Positions 15,575 through 44,870 of a DNA stretch of 64,000 bases are shown one piece after another. This DNA is from the human T2T-CHM13v2.0 reference genome, Homo sapiens. The stretch lies in the NCBI RefSeq assembly GCF_009914755.1, contig NC_060932.1; one strand, given 5' to 3'. Below the pieces are notes generated by a model. It was not told the origin of the DNA. It made no database searches and worked only from the letters and a program-made list of their open reading frames with translations. Position 1 is the stretch's first letter; each line of letters begins with the position of its first letter. The translations under genes and the position numbers were made by a program.

Positions 15575-16760
15575 TCAGTGGTTCTGAAACCTGACTGAGG
15601 TGGGGCGCAGTGGTTCATGCCTGTAATCCCAGCACATTGGGAGGCTGAGGCCAGTGGATCATTTGAGCCCAGGAGTTCACAACCAGACTGGCCAACATGG
15701 CAAAAATCCTCCATGTCTGCTAAAATACAAAACAAAAATAAAAATAAAAAATAAAAATAGCCAGGCATAGTGGTGCGAGCCAGCAGTCCCAGCTACTCAG
15801 AAGGCTGAGGCACAAGAATTGCTTGAACTTGGGAGGAGGAGATGGCCGTGAGGTGAGAATATGCCACTGCATTCCAGCCTGGGAAACAGAGTGAGACTGT
15901 TAAAAAAGAAAAGAAAAGAAAAGAAAAGAAATCTGACTGAGTAATCAGAATCCCTGGGAGATGTTTAAAAAATTTAGGTGCTTGGGCCCTGCCTCTAGAG
16001 ATTAGAGTTAGTGGATTTTGGACGAGTCTTAGGCATGAATATGTTTGGAAGGTTCCCAGGTGATTCTAATATGTACATTGAGTTATGAATCACTTCTGGA
16101 TAGCAGTGATTGTCAAACTGGAGCATGCATCAGAATTTTCTAGAGGGATTTGCTATTGTTCTGCTCACTGGTTTCCCTAATCTTGCCCTAAGGAAATGGC
16201 CTGGTTGCCTCGCTAAGCCTACTGGCAGGCTCCTGATTTTGTTATCTGTGGTTTTCATACTTAGTGCAGGGCTTCTTCATCTTTAATGGGCATAAGAATC
16301 TCCTGGGAATCTTGTTAAAATGCAGATTCTGGGTGGTCGCCAGAGGCTGTGGGACTAAGAAATGGGGGTTGTTTAATGGGTATAGAGTTTCATTTCTGCA
16401 AGATGAAAAGAGTTCTGGAGATAGGTTATACAATCATGTGAATGCACTTAACACTCCTGAACTGTACACTTAAAGAAGGTAAATCGTACGCTATGTGTAT
16501 TACATTTTACTATGATGTTTTAAACATGCAGATTCAGTAGGTTTGGGGCTAGGCCTGAGATTCTGAAGTTTTTGTAAGGGCCCAGTGATGCCCATGCTGT
16601 TGTCCCAGGGACCACACTTGAAGTAGTGAGGGTATAAGGTGCACCAGGACTACCTGGGGGAACTTGATTTAATGAAGATTCTCCATCCCCATCTCAGAGA
16701 TCTTGATTCAACATGTCTGAGCTCTGAGGAGTAGGTGCTCTGAATTTACTTTGAGAAACA
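15575..16760. mobile_element. cluster of MER5-type hAT fragments interrupted by an Alu (15600-15930, +) and an L1MB 3' fragment (~16330-16520)
   Basis: CAGTGGTTCTGAAAC, CCCAGGTGATTCTAAT, ATGCAGATTC..., GGGACCACACTTGAAGTAG motifs. Confidence 0.6.
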
Positions 16761-18093
16761 ATCTTCTCTGGGTTTCACCTCCAAGGTCAGATAGGGAGAT
16801 ACATCATTTACAGATGGGAACTGATTCTGACATTTAATTTCTTTTTCAACAATCCAAGTTTCTCGTGTTTAGTGCTCTATGGAGCCAGTGGCCCACTCTT
16901 GTTCAGCGAGCTAGAAATGGAAAAAATTATCCATTGGAAAAGGAAGTAGGTGTCAGAATCGAATCACCCAGTGCCCACTTTTGCAGGCTGTGGGTTTAGA
17001 GTTGCCCTGGAGCTCCTGGAATACCATATCCCCCAGCAGACCAACCTCAGGGGTCCACAGTGTGCCATACCTCACCAGGTATCCCCCAGACCCCTGTGCT
17101 GTTACCAACCCACCCCCAACACCATCTCCAATTCATAGCAAGACCCAATAACCAGCCAATCTAAACCTACTCCCGGCAAGTCTCAGAGCCCCAGAGTCAC
17201 TCAAAGACACACAAAGTACTCTTTATATGCACCTGCTACATGACCGGACCTCAGCCCTCTCATCTCATTTGCCAACAACTGTGAGGCATTTACTGTTATC
17301 ACCATTTTATGGGTGAGAAAACAGGGGCTCTGCTAAGATAGGTAACATTTCCCAAGTCATAGAGCCTGTGGGTGACAGAGCCAGGAATTGAAAGTAGCTT
17401 TTTCTGGCAAGAATGCTCAGGCTCTTTACACCGTGGAGACCTGTTTCCACGGGCCAGGAATCTGGGCCAACAGTGGATTGCAGCCCAGGAGCACTGATTA
17501 GCATTTGAGCTATGGCCTGGATGCCAGGAAAGGGTCCCACATTCAAAGTCGCATCTCTGGTGCTCACTGTCCCCAGCGAGAAGCTCTTGTAGGAGGATCT
17601 CTATGTGGAATAATTTGCATTAAGGGATAAACGAGGCTTAGCCTTCCTAACAAGTAATGAAGTTTTTAAAACAGAAACTTGAGCCCATGGTTACTAGAAT
17701 GTGAGGGAAATCCATGGGCCTGTGTGTGGGGCATGGGGTGTTCAGGGGTGTCAAGGGACTCTCCTCTTACATAAGATCTTTGAAACAGAAAGGGATCCTA
17801 TTTTGCTTCTCTTTTTCTTTGTTTCAGGACAGGTTTCCACAAAGCAAGTATAAACATGGTTTAATATAAATTCCCACAGTCAGTTTACAAATTTCTTTTT
17901 CATTTAACACCCTCCCTCACCTTGTTCTAAGTAGGAATTGAAGAAGAGATTGTTGGAACACAGATCTATGTATTTATACAGCATTTACTGGGCACCTTTT
18001 TACCAGATTCTGAGCTCAAGCTTCAAAGCTTGAAATATAAAAATCAAAATAAAATGCTTGGCTCCAAAAAACTCAGTCTCTGGTGGATATATA

Positions 18094-18916
<823 letters not shown>

Positions 18917-18996
18917 GAATTGTCTTGGGTGCTGAGGTAGCTCGCAAGAGGAAACAGTAAAATACCAGGAAGAGACATTTTAGCTGAGACTTGAAG

Positions 18997-19623
18997 TCTT
19001 CCTGGAAAGGGGTCCCAATCAGACCCCAAGAGAAGGTTCTTGGATCTCACACAAGAAAGAATTCAGGGTGAGTCCATAGAGTAAAATGAAAGCAAGTTTA
19101 TTAAAAAAGTAAAGGAGTAAAGAATGGCTCTTCCACAGACAGAGCAGCAGCTTGAGCTACTCAACCAAGGATACTTATATACTGCTTGACTGTATGCTGA
19201 ACAAGGGGTGGCTCATTCATGAGTTTTCTGGCAAAGAGGTGGGCAATTCCTGGAAATGAGGATTCCTCCCCTTTTTAGACCAGGGTAACTTCCTAATGTT
19301 GCCATGGCATTTGTAAGCTGTCTGTGCACTGGTGGTAACGTCTTGTAGCATATTGATTCATTATAATTACTGTATTATGAGCAGTGAGGACAACCAGAGG
19401 TCAGTTTGTTTGCCATCTTGGTTTTGGCAGATTTTGGCCGGCGTCTTTACCACATGCTGTTTTATCAGCAAGGTCTTCGTGACCTATATCTTGTGCCGAC
19501 CTCCTGTCTCATGGTATGACTTAGAATGCCTAACCGCCTGGGAATGCAGCCCCGTAGGTCTCAGCCTTATTTTACCCAGCCCATGTTCAAGGTGGCACAG
19601 CTCTGGTTGGAATGCCTCTGACC
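18997..19623 (-). mobile_element. MER41 (MER41B-like) ERV1 solo LTR
   Basis: Colinear with the copy at 10434-11076 over its whole length. Near-TSD gaag/taag. Confidence 0.88.
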
Positions 19624-21219
19624 TAAGGATGGCAAATCTAAGAGTTTACTAGGCCAGCAGGCAGGGGCAAGAACCTTCTGGGAGGAAGGTCAGGGAAGGG
19701 CACTTGAAAGCCCACGGCAAATGGTTTTCTATGGAGCTAGGGGCTGCATGAGGAGGCTGCAGGGTGCAGAACCAGACCAGCAGGCAGTGTCAGATTGAAC
19801 CCCTAGCGAGGCTTTAGCAATAAATAAAAGTATAATCATACAGAGGTATTAGCAGAGGTGAGCAGACTGGGTGAGACTAAGGCCCCTCAGATGGCCAGGC
19901 AACACTCTGGGTCTGGAACAGTGAGGACCCGAAGGGGAAGGGAGCCTGCTGGGGTCACGTAAGACCCTGGGGTTTGCCTTCACTTAACCCTCATATTACA
20001 CCTCGTAGCAGCTGATCCTCCAATATGGGATCTGAGACTCAACAGCAATGCCAAAGAAACACCGAAGGAATATATCAACAAGGAACTGCCAGAATTTGAG
20101 TCTGAAGAATAATGATGACTTAACAACAAGTAGAAAGACTACAATTTAGGTTTTAAAAGTATTAATGCACCTGAAGTAATATTGGAGTAAGTTAAAGGTT
20201 TTGGTGGTGTTTTTTTTAACCCCCTCTCTAAATAGCTTTGCTGGCTATTTCTGAAAGTGCTAATAATGACACTAAGGGGTGTTAACTCCGCACATAATAC
20301 ATGCTGCGTGTTTGCCAAGTGCCGTGCTCACCCCTTTTTGGGCAGGAACTCCCGGCACCGCTCCTTTCAGCTTCCTTTCAGCTCTGCCAAAGATTCTGTC
20401 TCAGCAGCTTTGGATGGAGTTTTCGGGCTTCCTGGCAGCATCCGCGGGACCATGAGGTCAGGGTGGCCTGATTCCTGTTTGCCCAAACACAGGAGAGCAC
20501 TGTATTTTTTTCAACCTGTTTTTTTAACTGTTGCTGTAGAGAGTAGGAATTGACTTCCACCCACCCTTCCCTGCCGCGCACCCACACACGCAGCACAGCA
20601 ACAGTCACATGACATTTGCAAAAGAGTCTTTAAGTCATTTGACCCTCAGAAGATTACTTGTGTCATGGAGAAAGGCCTTTGCTCCAGATGAAATCACAGA
20701 GTGTTGGAACTGGACTACATCTTAGATTCCACTTTGTGCTTGAGAAAACTCAGGCCCAAATGGGTTCAGTAACTTGGATCTGGTCAGCCAGCTAGTTAGT
20801 GGCAAAGCTGAACTCATGAATCAAATGTAACTTTCAGCCAAGGCTTTCCTGTTATACCTCCTCTTAACTTCCTATCAAGCCATTTAAAAGAGAAGTGACT
20901 GGAGAAACAAAATAAGGGCAATAGAGCGAAACACTTAATAATCAATCACCCTGATCCCTTGATAAGTGGTATAGGTCAAATTCCTCTGAAATGTTTCATA
21001 GGGAAAGTTTCTATTGAACCATACTAGTTTGGTCAGGTATTTCTTCTTTGATTCCGCAACCATCTCTAAAGAAATGCCCAGAGAGAAGCAAAACTTCAGT
21101 CCAAAAAGGCAGAAGCCTCTTGCCAATCTGAGCATTTAAGGCTCCAAAAATTGTGTCAGATAATAGATGTTAAGAGCACTTACACTCCAGAAGTTTGGGA
21201 ATCTGCATATACTTAAAAA

Positions 21220-21883
<664 letters not shown>

Positions 21884-22068
21884 TCATGGAGAATACATTT
21901 TTGTATTTTACATACCTGCTGCACAAAATTCATCTCCTCGATTTTAATCTAAAATCCATGTAGCAAACTGTCCTTTACTAAAATGACTTTGCTCTGAATC
22001 AAAACCAACTGATGCCAAGGAGCTTGAAGCCTCACTTGGGAAGGAAGTGATCCTTTAAAAACCAGGTC

Positions 22069-22458
<390 letters not shown>

Positions 22459-23816
22459 AAAAACCAGGTCTTCTGTAAACAGAGGATGCTAAAACTGTAA
22501 AAGAAGGCTACTGCGTTAAGTCTTTACATTTCGTACTCTATTCTGCCACATTCCAAAAAAAGGATTTCACGCCATCAGGAGGCATGTTCCATAATCAAAG
22601 AAAATGTAACTATTTGCCTTTTGAAAATTATGATGATATGATTTTATATATGCTGGCTTGCTAACACCACCAGAATTAGTTTTAGTTTCTTAATTTGTCT
22701 GAATTATGGTACAGCATAATGAGCTAGTTTTTTGTTTGTTTGTACTATGATGTATATCATCTAAGAAAGAATGTCTCAACTACTATTCAAACTCATTTAT
22801 TCCACTTCCAGGAATTCCTCCTAAAGAAATATTTCAAAAGAGAAAAAATGCAAACCATGCAGAGATGTTTATAACCAACTTTATTTATGATAGCAAAAAG
22901 CAAGGATGAGTAACAAGTAGATAATGGTTAAACAAACTATGACAGCAACTCAGAGTAATATGCAACTGTTACAAGTGATACATAGAAAAACATAACAGAA
23001 GCAATTACGTGTCACTAAATGTCTCATAATTGTATACTTTAGAGTTTACGAATTGTTTTTGTATTATCTTACTTCACTTGATTTTCATAACAGCCCTGTG
23101 AAACAAAAGCAATTATCTCCATTTGCTGATAAGAAAATAGATGAGTGGAGGTGAAGTGGTTTGTCTGGGGTCACTCATGAAATATTCAACATGTTGACCG
23201 CAACGATCTAAAACCATAGGCACATAGATCAAGATTGGAAATAACATAACAAGTTGCAACTAGTTACTCCTTTAAAGCGGTGTTCTTCTCCATGAGTACA
23301 TGTGTATGTGCTTTTTGTAAAACTTCTTTAAACACTGAATAGGTCTAAGATGATTTATCCTAATCACTGAAGTTCTTCAGCTTTCTTATGAAACATCAAA
23401 ATCTTGAGATTACCTATGATATAAGTTCTCCTTGCTTTTGAAGATACACATAAATCTTATTATTTCAGGGCCTGCATTCCCATGCAGAAAGGAAGATTTT
23501 CAGGGTGGCCAAATGGCAAGTGGCTTTTACATCTGGCCTGCCCACTGTATCCCCAATTCCAACGCTGCTATGGCCACAAAGGAGCCCTCTCCACTCAATC
23601 GAGCTGGAGGCATTCACTTGTAGACCCACTAAAGAGAGACCTCTCTGAAAATTAAGGCCTTGGAGTGCTTCGCAGCTGGATGTTCCCAGAGATGCTTTCA
23701 GGACAAGTGTCCTGCAGTAGCCAGAATGATTTGATGAGTATATGTGATAAAGCTCTCGGCTTGGGCTCCTGTTTTGTTGTGACAAATCTACCCTCATCGA
23801 TACGTTGCTCCCCCTG

Positions 23817-24171
23817 TGATATGGTCTGGTTGTGTTCCCACCCAAATCTCATCTTGAACTGTAGCTCTCGTAATCCCCATGTGTTGTGGGAGAAACTCAG
23901 TGGGAGGTAATTAAATCATGGGGGTGGGTTTTTCTCATGCTGTTCTCGTGATAGTGAATACGTCTCACGAGATCCGATGGTTTTATGAAGGGCCGTTCCC
24001 CGCACACGCACTTGCTATTTTGCCCACCACCGTGTAAGACACACCTTTGCTCCTCCTTTGCCTTCTGCCATGATTGTGAGGCCTCCCCAGCCATGTGGAA
24101 CTGTGAGTCCATGAAAGACATACCCAGTCTCCAGTATGTCTTTATTAGCAGTGTGAGAATGGACTAATACA
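23817..24171 (+). mobile_element. THE1/MST MaLR solo LTR
   Basis: TGATATGGTCTGG...CCCACCCAAATCTCATCTTGAA...GGACTAATACA. Confidence 0.85.
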
Positions 24172-24194
24172 CTGTTTCTTATTTTTCTCTTTGA

Positions 24195-25545
<1,351 letters not shown>

Positions 25546-25769
25546 GAATTGTCCCCACACATGATCTCTACTTCTTACTCTGAAGCATTCTGGCTTTAGC
25601 TCCTGCTGTTCCACTGAAATGGTCCATCCAGCTACTCCTTTTGAGAAATTGATGGGCACAGTTCAGTACTTGTTTACAGCATTATTGTGTAGCTTTTTGA
25701 CCCTTTGGCCTTTCTCTATTTTTCTCTTGTCTTCACGTCCCAGTAGGTGGACCCCTCGACCATCTGCCC

Positions 25770-26095
25770 CATAGCTCCTCAGACCTCACATTTCATGTAC
25801 ACCATCCCGGAGTAAGTCCTCAGCTGATGACAGATGGGAAGTAGCGATACATACTGGAACTTCCCCACCCTCAAGTGGGACAGCTCACAGGTCCATGTTC
25901 CTCACTATTTCCAAGATTTCCCCAGAAATTAAACTCCAATTGCCTACAGGGGTAACTTGGTAACAACCATTTGTTTGGTTTCTTCTCTTTTCTATCTGAC
26001 GTCCTCATTTCCCCACTACACTCTCTTGGGATCATTTCCCAAATAAACTGCTTACATTCAAATTATTCTTTCAAGATCTGCTATTGGGGGAAGTG
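25770..26095 (+). mobile_element. old ERVL LTR (LTR16-like)
   Basis: 3' end TTCCCAAATAAACTGCTTACATTCAAAT...TCTGCTATTGGGGGAA. Confidence 0.5.
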
Positions 26096-26437
26096 TTAAA
26101 TTCTTTCTGGGAATTCTTTCTTCTGAATTTTTTTCCGATAATTCGCTACTCCCTTGGTATGCCCAACCAGAAGGACCTGGGTGATACAGCATGTGAGGGC
26201 CAACTCTAAGGGGTCAGAGCATCACAGAGAAGGTTGGAAGGATGGATCTGAGGGAAATGGGCTGTAGATGATGGACATATTGGGCCAGTGTCTCTAGAGG
26301 CAGACATGCTACTTCTTTGGTAGAATTATGTGTGGCCATTGGTCTGCGTGTGCCCCTAGGATTTATTCGCTCTGCATGCATTTTCTGATTTTTCTATAAT
26401 AGCTACATTTTGCTTTTGCAATAGTAAATAACATTAT

Positions 26438-27125
26438 AGCCAGTCACAGTGGCTCACATCTGTGATCCCAGCACTTTGGGAGGCCGAGGTGGATCACTTG
26501 AGTCTAGGAGTTCAAGACCAGCCTGGGCAACATAGACTCCCATCTCTACAAAGAAATAAAAAAATTAGCCAAGCATGGTGGTGTGTGCCTGTAGGCCCAG
26601 CTACTCGGGAGGCTGAGGCAGGAGAATTGCTTGAGCCCAAGGGCTCAAGGCTGGAGTGAGCCATAATCTCACCACTGTACTCCAGCATGGGTGACAGAGC
26701 AATACCCTGTCCTCCCCAAAAAAATAAGTAAAAAAGAAAAGAAAAAACAGAAAGAAAAAAACGAAAGAAGAAATATATATAAAGATAAAAATCATACTTT
26801 TAAATGAAGTCAGTCTTCTTCTTCTTCTTTTTTTTTTTTTTTGAGACCAAGTTTCCCTCTTATTGCCCAGGCTAGAGTGCACAGGCGTGATCCTGGCTCA
26901 CTGCAAACTCTGTCTCCTGGGTTCACGCAACTCTCCTGCCTCAGTCTCCTGAGTAGCTGGGATTACAGGCGCCCGCCACCATGCCCAGCTAATTTTTGTA
27001 TTTTTAGTAGAGATAGGGTTTCACGATGTTGCCCAGGCTTGTCTTGAACTCCTGAACTCAGGTGATCCGCTCACCTCGGCCTCCCAAAGCACTGGGATTA
27101 CAGGTGTGAGCCACTGTGTCTGGCC
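26438..27125. mobile_element. tail-to-tail Alu pair (26438-26765 +, 26815-27125 -)
   Basis: Alu consensus matches. Confidence 0.88.
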
Positions 27126-27314
27126 AGGATTTTGCTTTTTAGACATTGTGGTTCATTTTTCTATACATGGGTGCACGTTACACAATCTCCATAGCAGATT
27201 TTTCTCTTTTAGTAATGTAATGATCTCCCACTAGGTATGTGGCAAAATACTGGAACACGAGGGAAAATCAGAGCATTGCTAACATTTGTCTGGACCAAAT
27301 AAGCACATTTGATT

Positions 27315-27840
27315 TTTTTTAAGCTATGTAAAACATACATAGCATAAAATTGTCTGTTTTAACCGTTTCTAGGTGTATAGTTGACTGGCATTAAGTACAT
27401 TAATATCGTTTTGCAACCATCACCACCAGCCATGTCCAAAATTTTGCAGGAACAGAAAACCAAATACCACATATTCTCACTTATAAGTGGGAGCTAAATG
27501 AATTTTCCCAGACTGAAAATCTGTACCCATTAAACAATTGCTCCCCATCGCAACATGCTACTTTCTGTCTCTATGAATTTGACTCCCCTGGTTATCTCAT
27601 GTAAGTGGAAGTATACAGTATTTGTTCTTTCGTGTCTGGCTTATTTAACTTAGCATAACGTCTTCCAGGTTCATCTATGTTGTAGAATGTGTAAAAATTT
27701 TTATTTCTTTTAAGGGCTGAATAATATTCCATAGTGTGCATACGTCACGTTTTCCTATCCATGAACAGCTAGGTTGTTTCCATCTTTTGGCTATCATGCA
27801 TAATGCTGCTATAAACTTTGGTGTACGAATAGCTGAGTCC
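27315..27840 (-). mobile_element. L1MB-like 3' fragment
   Basis: GCAACCATCACCACC...TGTACCCATTAAACAA...GTCTGGCTTATTTAACTTAGCATAA...GGCTGAATAATATTCCAT. Confidence 0.78.
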
Positions 27841-27894
27841 ATGTGCATATGATTTTTAGTAGCCATCCAATTTCTACACATTCAGCATACGTGA

Positions 27895-30040
<2,146 letters not shown>

Positions 30041-30265
30041 TAGGTAACCATTTTGAAATGGCCATCAAGCCACTACTAACTGCCATCTTCCTTTTCTCCT
30101 GTTTCTAAGAACAGAAATCTTAATTCCTAAATCCAGTATAACATCAACGAGGAAGGGTGGCGGGGGAGAGAGATGGAGAGATATTAGTGCGTATTTGTGA
30201 AAATACTTAAACAACATGCCATTCATAAATAACTATTTGGTCAATATTTTCATTGTTTTAGACCC

Positions 30266-32862
<2,597 letters not shown>

Positions 32863-33516
32863 AACCCCATACTTAACACCTTCCAAACCAAAGCAATTTG
32901 TGTTCCTTTACATTTTAATAGGTCATACTTCTTGGCATTTCTCCCAAAATTCAGTAAGTGTGTAATTTTTATGTAAAGGAAACAAAAGCTAAATTTATAC
33001 TGTTGTTTGAAAGCTCATTAAAAAAATCTCTTTTGTAAAGATGATGAGTTAACAAAAATTATGCTACTTATTATCAATTATTATTCCATGTAAGGGCATA
33101 ATCTTTTTGTGAGGGAGAGTCTGCTTCGTGCCCTGCTTTTATTGACTAGAATTAGGTGCTTAAGGGTACCTTAGGGTATCCCACAAGGAGAGTTTTATCA
33201 TGAACAGTTGTGTAGCCTCATTTTTTAAGGGATGCTGGTGTTGTTGGAGAGTTAAAAGGCAGGGAGAAGAAGATGTAACTAAAATTTATATTAGTTAGGA
33301 TTAGATTGATCTGTGAGTGACAGAAAACCCCAAATCAGAGTGGGTTAAACAAGGTAGAAGCTTACTTTTTGTTGCACATAGATTCAGCTGGCATAATGGC
33401 ACCACCATCCTGAGAAGACAGGCGTCTTCCGTCTTCTTGTTCCATCGTATTCAGCCCTTGCTTTTCACTCCATGTAGTCCAAGATGGATGTTCCTTCCAT
33501 GTCAGGCACCTGTCCC

Positions 33517-34193
<677 letters not shown>

Positions 34194-34707
34194 CAGTTCT
34201 CCTTCTATCCAGTAGGAAAGGAAGAGATGAGGAGAAAGGCACCTCTCCTTTACAGACACTTGGTGGAAATCTCATATTCCACTTCTGACTACAGCAGCGT
34301 TTATGGACAATTTCTTTTGCCTTTAGTCTATCAGACTCTACTCATTTCCAGAGTTACTTAGGTTGACATCTTTTCCCTCCACTCTTCAGTGAGGTGGTTT
34401 CATACTTTTGTAAAACAGTTAGATCGTTTTACTGCATTCCACGTTCTATCCTGGGATCTTTTGACCTCATGAATGATTAGTAAATGTGCATTCATTCGGG
34501 TTTACTCTTGGTGCTATCAAATTGTATGAGTTTTGTCATATATCATTTTAAATATTAATAAAGGATGGCATTTACATATTATTTTAATGAGTTATATTTA
34601 ATACTTTAATATTTTAATATCAATTTCATATAAATAACGACAAATAATTTGCCCATGGTCACATAGCTATTAAGTGGCAGAGCTAGGATTCAAACTTAGA
34701 TGAGTGA

Positions 34708-35520
<813 letters not shown>

Positions 35521-35791
35521 TGTCCAGACATCAGGTCAGATTGGAACGTGGACATGGGTTTGTTTTTAAATTACCAACTGTCACTGGATGACAAGAGCAT
35601 GCTGATGATTGATTTGATCACAGCTCAATGAAGAGGCACCGACTAGTCAGAGGTGTGTAATCTATATCCTAACAGATATAAATTACAGTTGACTAATGGT
35701 CACATGTAAATCCTGTCCCACCATACATGTTTCTTTCCCCTTGCTGTATTAATATCTTGGATGAGTCAGCACCTATAAACTGATACTTTTT

Positions 35792-35900
35792 TCATCCATC
35801 TATCCACCTATCCATCCATCCCTCCCTCCCTCCCTCCATTCATCCCTCTCTCCCTCCCTCCCTCCATCCCTCTCTCCCTCCCTCCCTCCATCCATCCATC
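35792..35900 (+). repeat. (TCCA)n/(TCCC)n low-complexity polypyrimidine tract
   Basis: Direct reading. Confidence 0.9.
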
Positions 35901-36209
35901 ACCACCTGGCTACCCAGCTGTGCCCTCTCACCTCACAATGTCTAATGAAGTTGCTAAGACTTCTCCCCTTACTTCTGTTAGTGATGGCTGGCTGCTGCGG
36001 AGGCTGAAAAAAGATGGAGCTGATGCAGCAGCAAAGGAAGTGGCAAAGGAAGGAAATGAGCTTTGTGTCAAAAGTACCAAGAAGAAAAAAACCAACCCTT
36101 TCATAGAAATTCAGCTAAAATTAAGGTCAGGCCCAGTGGTTCATGCCTGTAATCCCAGCACTTTGGGAGGCTGAGGTGGGCAGACCACTTGAGGCCAGGA
36201 GGTCTTAAG

Positions 36210-41852
<5,643 letters not shown>

Positions 41853-42680
41853 TCATTTGGGATTTAGAAAGACATTCTCGTCTTTCTAAAGGATGCCTGG
41901 CAGAACAAATAACTGGCGGCAGAGAGATCAGTAGGAGAGCATTAGCTTACTTTGTGAATTACTGTATCCAGATTGAGGAATGAGTTCCTGAATGAGCGCT
42001 TACAGCAACTGAATCACCTGCTGTCACAACAAACCAATTCCTCACTTGAAAAGATTTTAAATTGGGGAATTGTGAATGCTTTTAAATGAGCTATAACAAG
42101 CACAAAATATAGTTAAACGACTTTGGGGAATCAGTTGCTCAGAACTAAATATCCCAAATTCTATTCATCTGGCTCTGACGTTGACTCATGCATTGATCTT
42201 TAGGGATTTAGTTAGTCTATGCTTTAGTTTTCCCGTCTATAAAATGCAGCATTAGCATCTGTGTCATGGAGCAAAATCATTAATTATTTACATGCACTGT
42301 GAAGATGAAAAGTACAAGTAGTTAAATTCCATGAAAGTTCCCAAGGAAGAGGTTGCTAAAGATATGAGTGAAGTTCATTGTTCTAGCTAGAAGTTAGAAT
42401 CTCTTTAATGTTAGTGCCTTTTTAACACTTTATTCATTGATGCAATAAATATTCATTTGTGACCTACCCTGTGCCAAGGCCAAGGTTAAAAGTCAATGAT
42501 GAATAAAACAGTCAAATTTCCTTCCTCATGAGGTTATAGTCTTATAGGGGAAAAAGACAACAAACAAACATATCAGGTAGTGGTAAGTGCATGGAGGGAG
42601 GAGATAGGATATGGGTAAAGAAATAGAGAGGTAGACAAAGTAAGAGTAGGGATCCTATTGATCCCTGGTACCAATTTTCC

Positions 42681-43078
42681 GTGTTAGCCAGTTCTCGCAT
42701 TGCTATAAAGAAATACTTGAGACTAGGGTAATTTACAAAGAAAAGAGGTTTAGTTGACTCATTCCCCAGGCTGTACAGGAAGCATGATTCTGGCATCTGC
42801 TCAGCTTCTGGGGAGATCTCAGGAAACAATCATGGTGGAAGGGGAAGAGGAAGCAGGCACCTACCTCTTACATGGCCATAGCAGGAGCAAGAGAGGGAGA
42901 TGCTACACAATTTTTAAACAGCCAGATCTCACAAGAACTCACTCACTATCACAAGAAGAGCACCAAGGGGGAAATCCACCCCCATGGTTTAATCACCTCC
43001 CACCAAGCCCCACCTTGAACATGTTCAATTACAATTGAACATGAGATTTGGGTGGGGACACAGATGCAAACCATATCG
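42681..43078 (-). mobile_element. MST-type MaLR LTR
   Basis: GTTAGCCAGTTCTCGCATTGCTATAAAGAAATAC...GAGATTTGGGTGGGGACACAGATGCAAACCATATC. Confidence 0.82.
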
Positions 43079-43859
43079 CGGTGGCTAAAGCAGGTGTCTA
43101 GGGAAGGTTACAAGAAAAAGCAGGGAGAGGAGGTTCTTGCAAACATCTTAAGAGAGCTTTCTAAACAAAGGGAATCATAAATAGAATGTGTGGGGGCCTA
43201 TAAGTTACAATACAAAGGCTTGGCAGCTGGGATGGAGTGACTGGGGGGCTTGTGTAAGTCAATATCAACCCGTGTGTCCTAAGAGTGAGAGTAAGATAGG
43301 CAGACTTCTTCTCCAAGTAAACAGTGATGGTCTACAGGGCAGCATAGGAATTCCAAAAATAGAGTCCATTGTTTCTTCATCAAATATTTATTAGTGCCCT
43401 TTATTTTCTCGACTTTTTTTAAGATAAAACAACAAACTCGGTTCTCAAGAAGTACACAGTTTAGAGAATATATACACAAATTCACTCTTAGTTTGGGCAA
43501 GCAAACTAAAGTTTAGATTCCAATAGGTAACACATTTTGGTTAAAAATCATAGATTCTGATTTTATTTATGTAAGGTTAACAGCAATATGTGTTTACAGG
43601 TGTGCTCTTTTTTCCCTCTCTTTTTAAATTTAAGTGACTCATGGTTGACACTGTTTCATCTCTACCCTCCTTGTTAGCACTCACCAGATTTTTCTGAAGC
43701 AAATGACAGCATTATTTCATCTGTAAAGATTTCACTAAGTAGCTCTAAAAGAGAGTCTTTGAAAGAGATCAAAATTAATAATAATTCTTCTACATCATTG
43801 CACATCTACTTAGTATTCAAATTTCCTTCACTATCTCACAATTTATTTATTTCTGTTCT

Positions 43860-44870
<1,011 letters not shown>

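Noticed and set aside
23432-23845. 126-aa - strand ORF and overlapping ORFs in non-repeat DNA as a possible pseudogene
   Set aside because: No recognisable protein similarity, poly(A) tail or TSD, and the ORF begins inside an LTR. A tBLASTn/BLASTx search would settle it.
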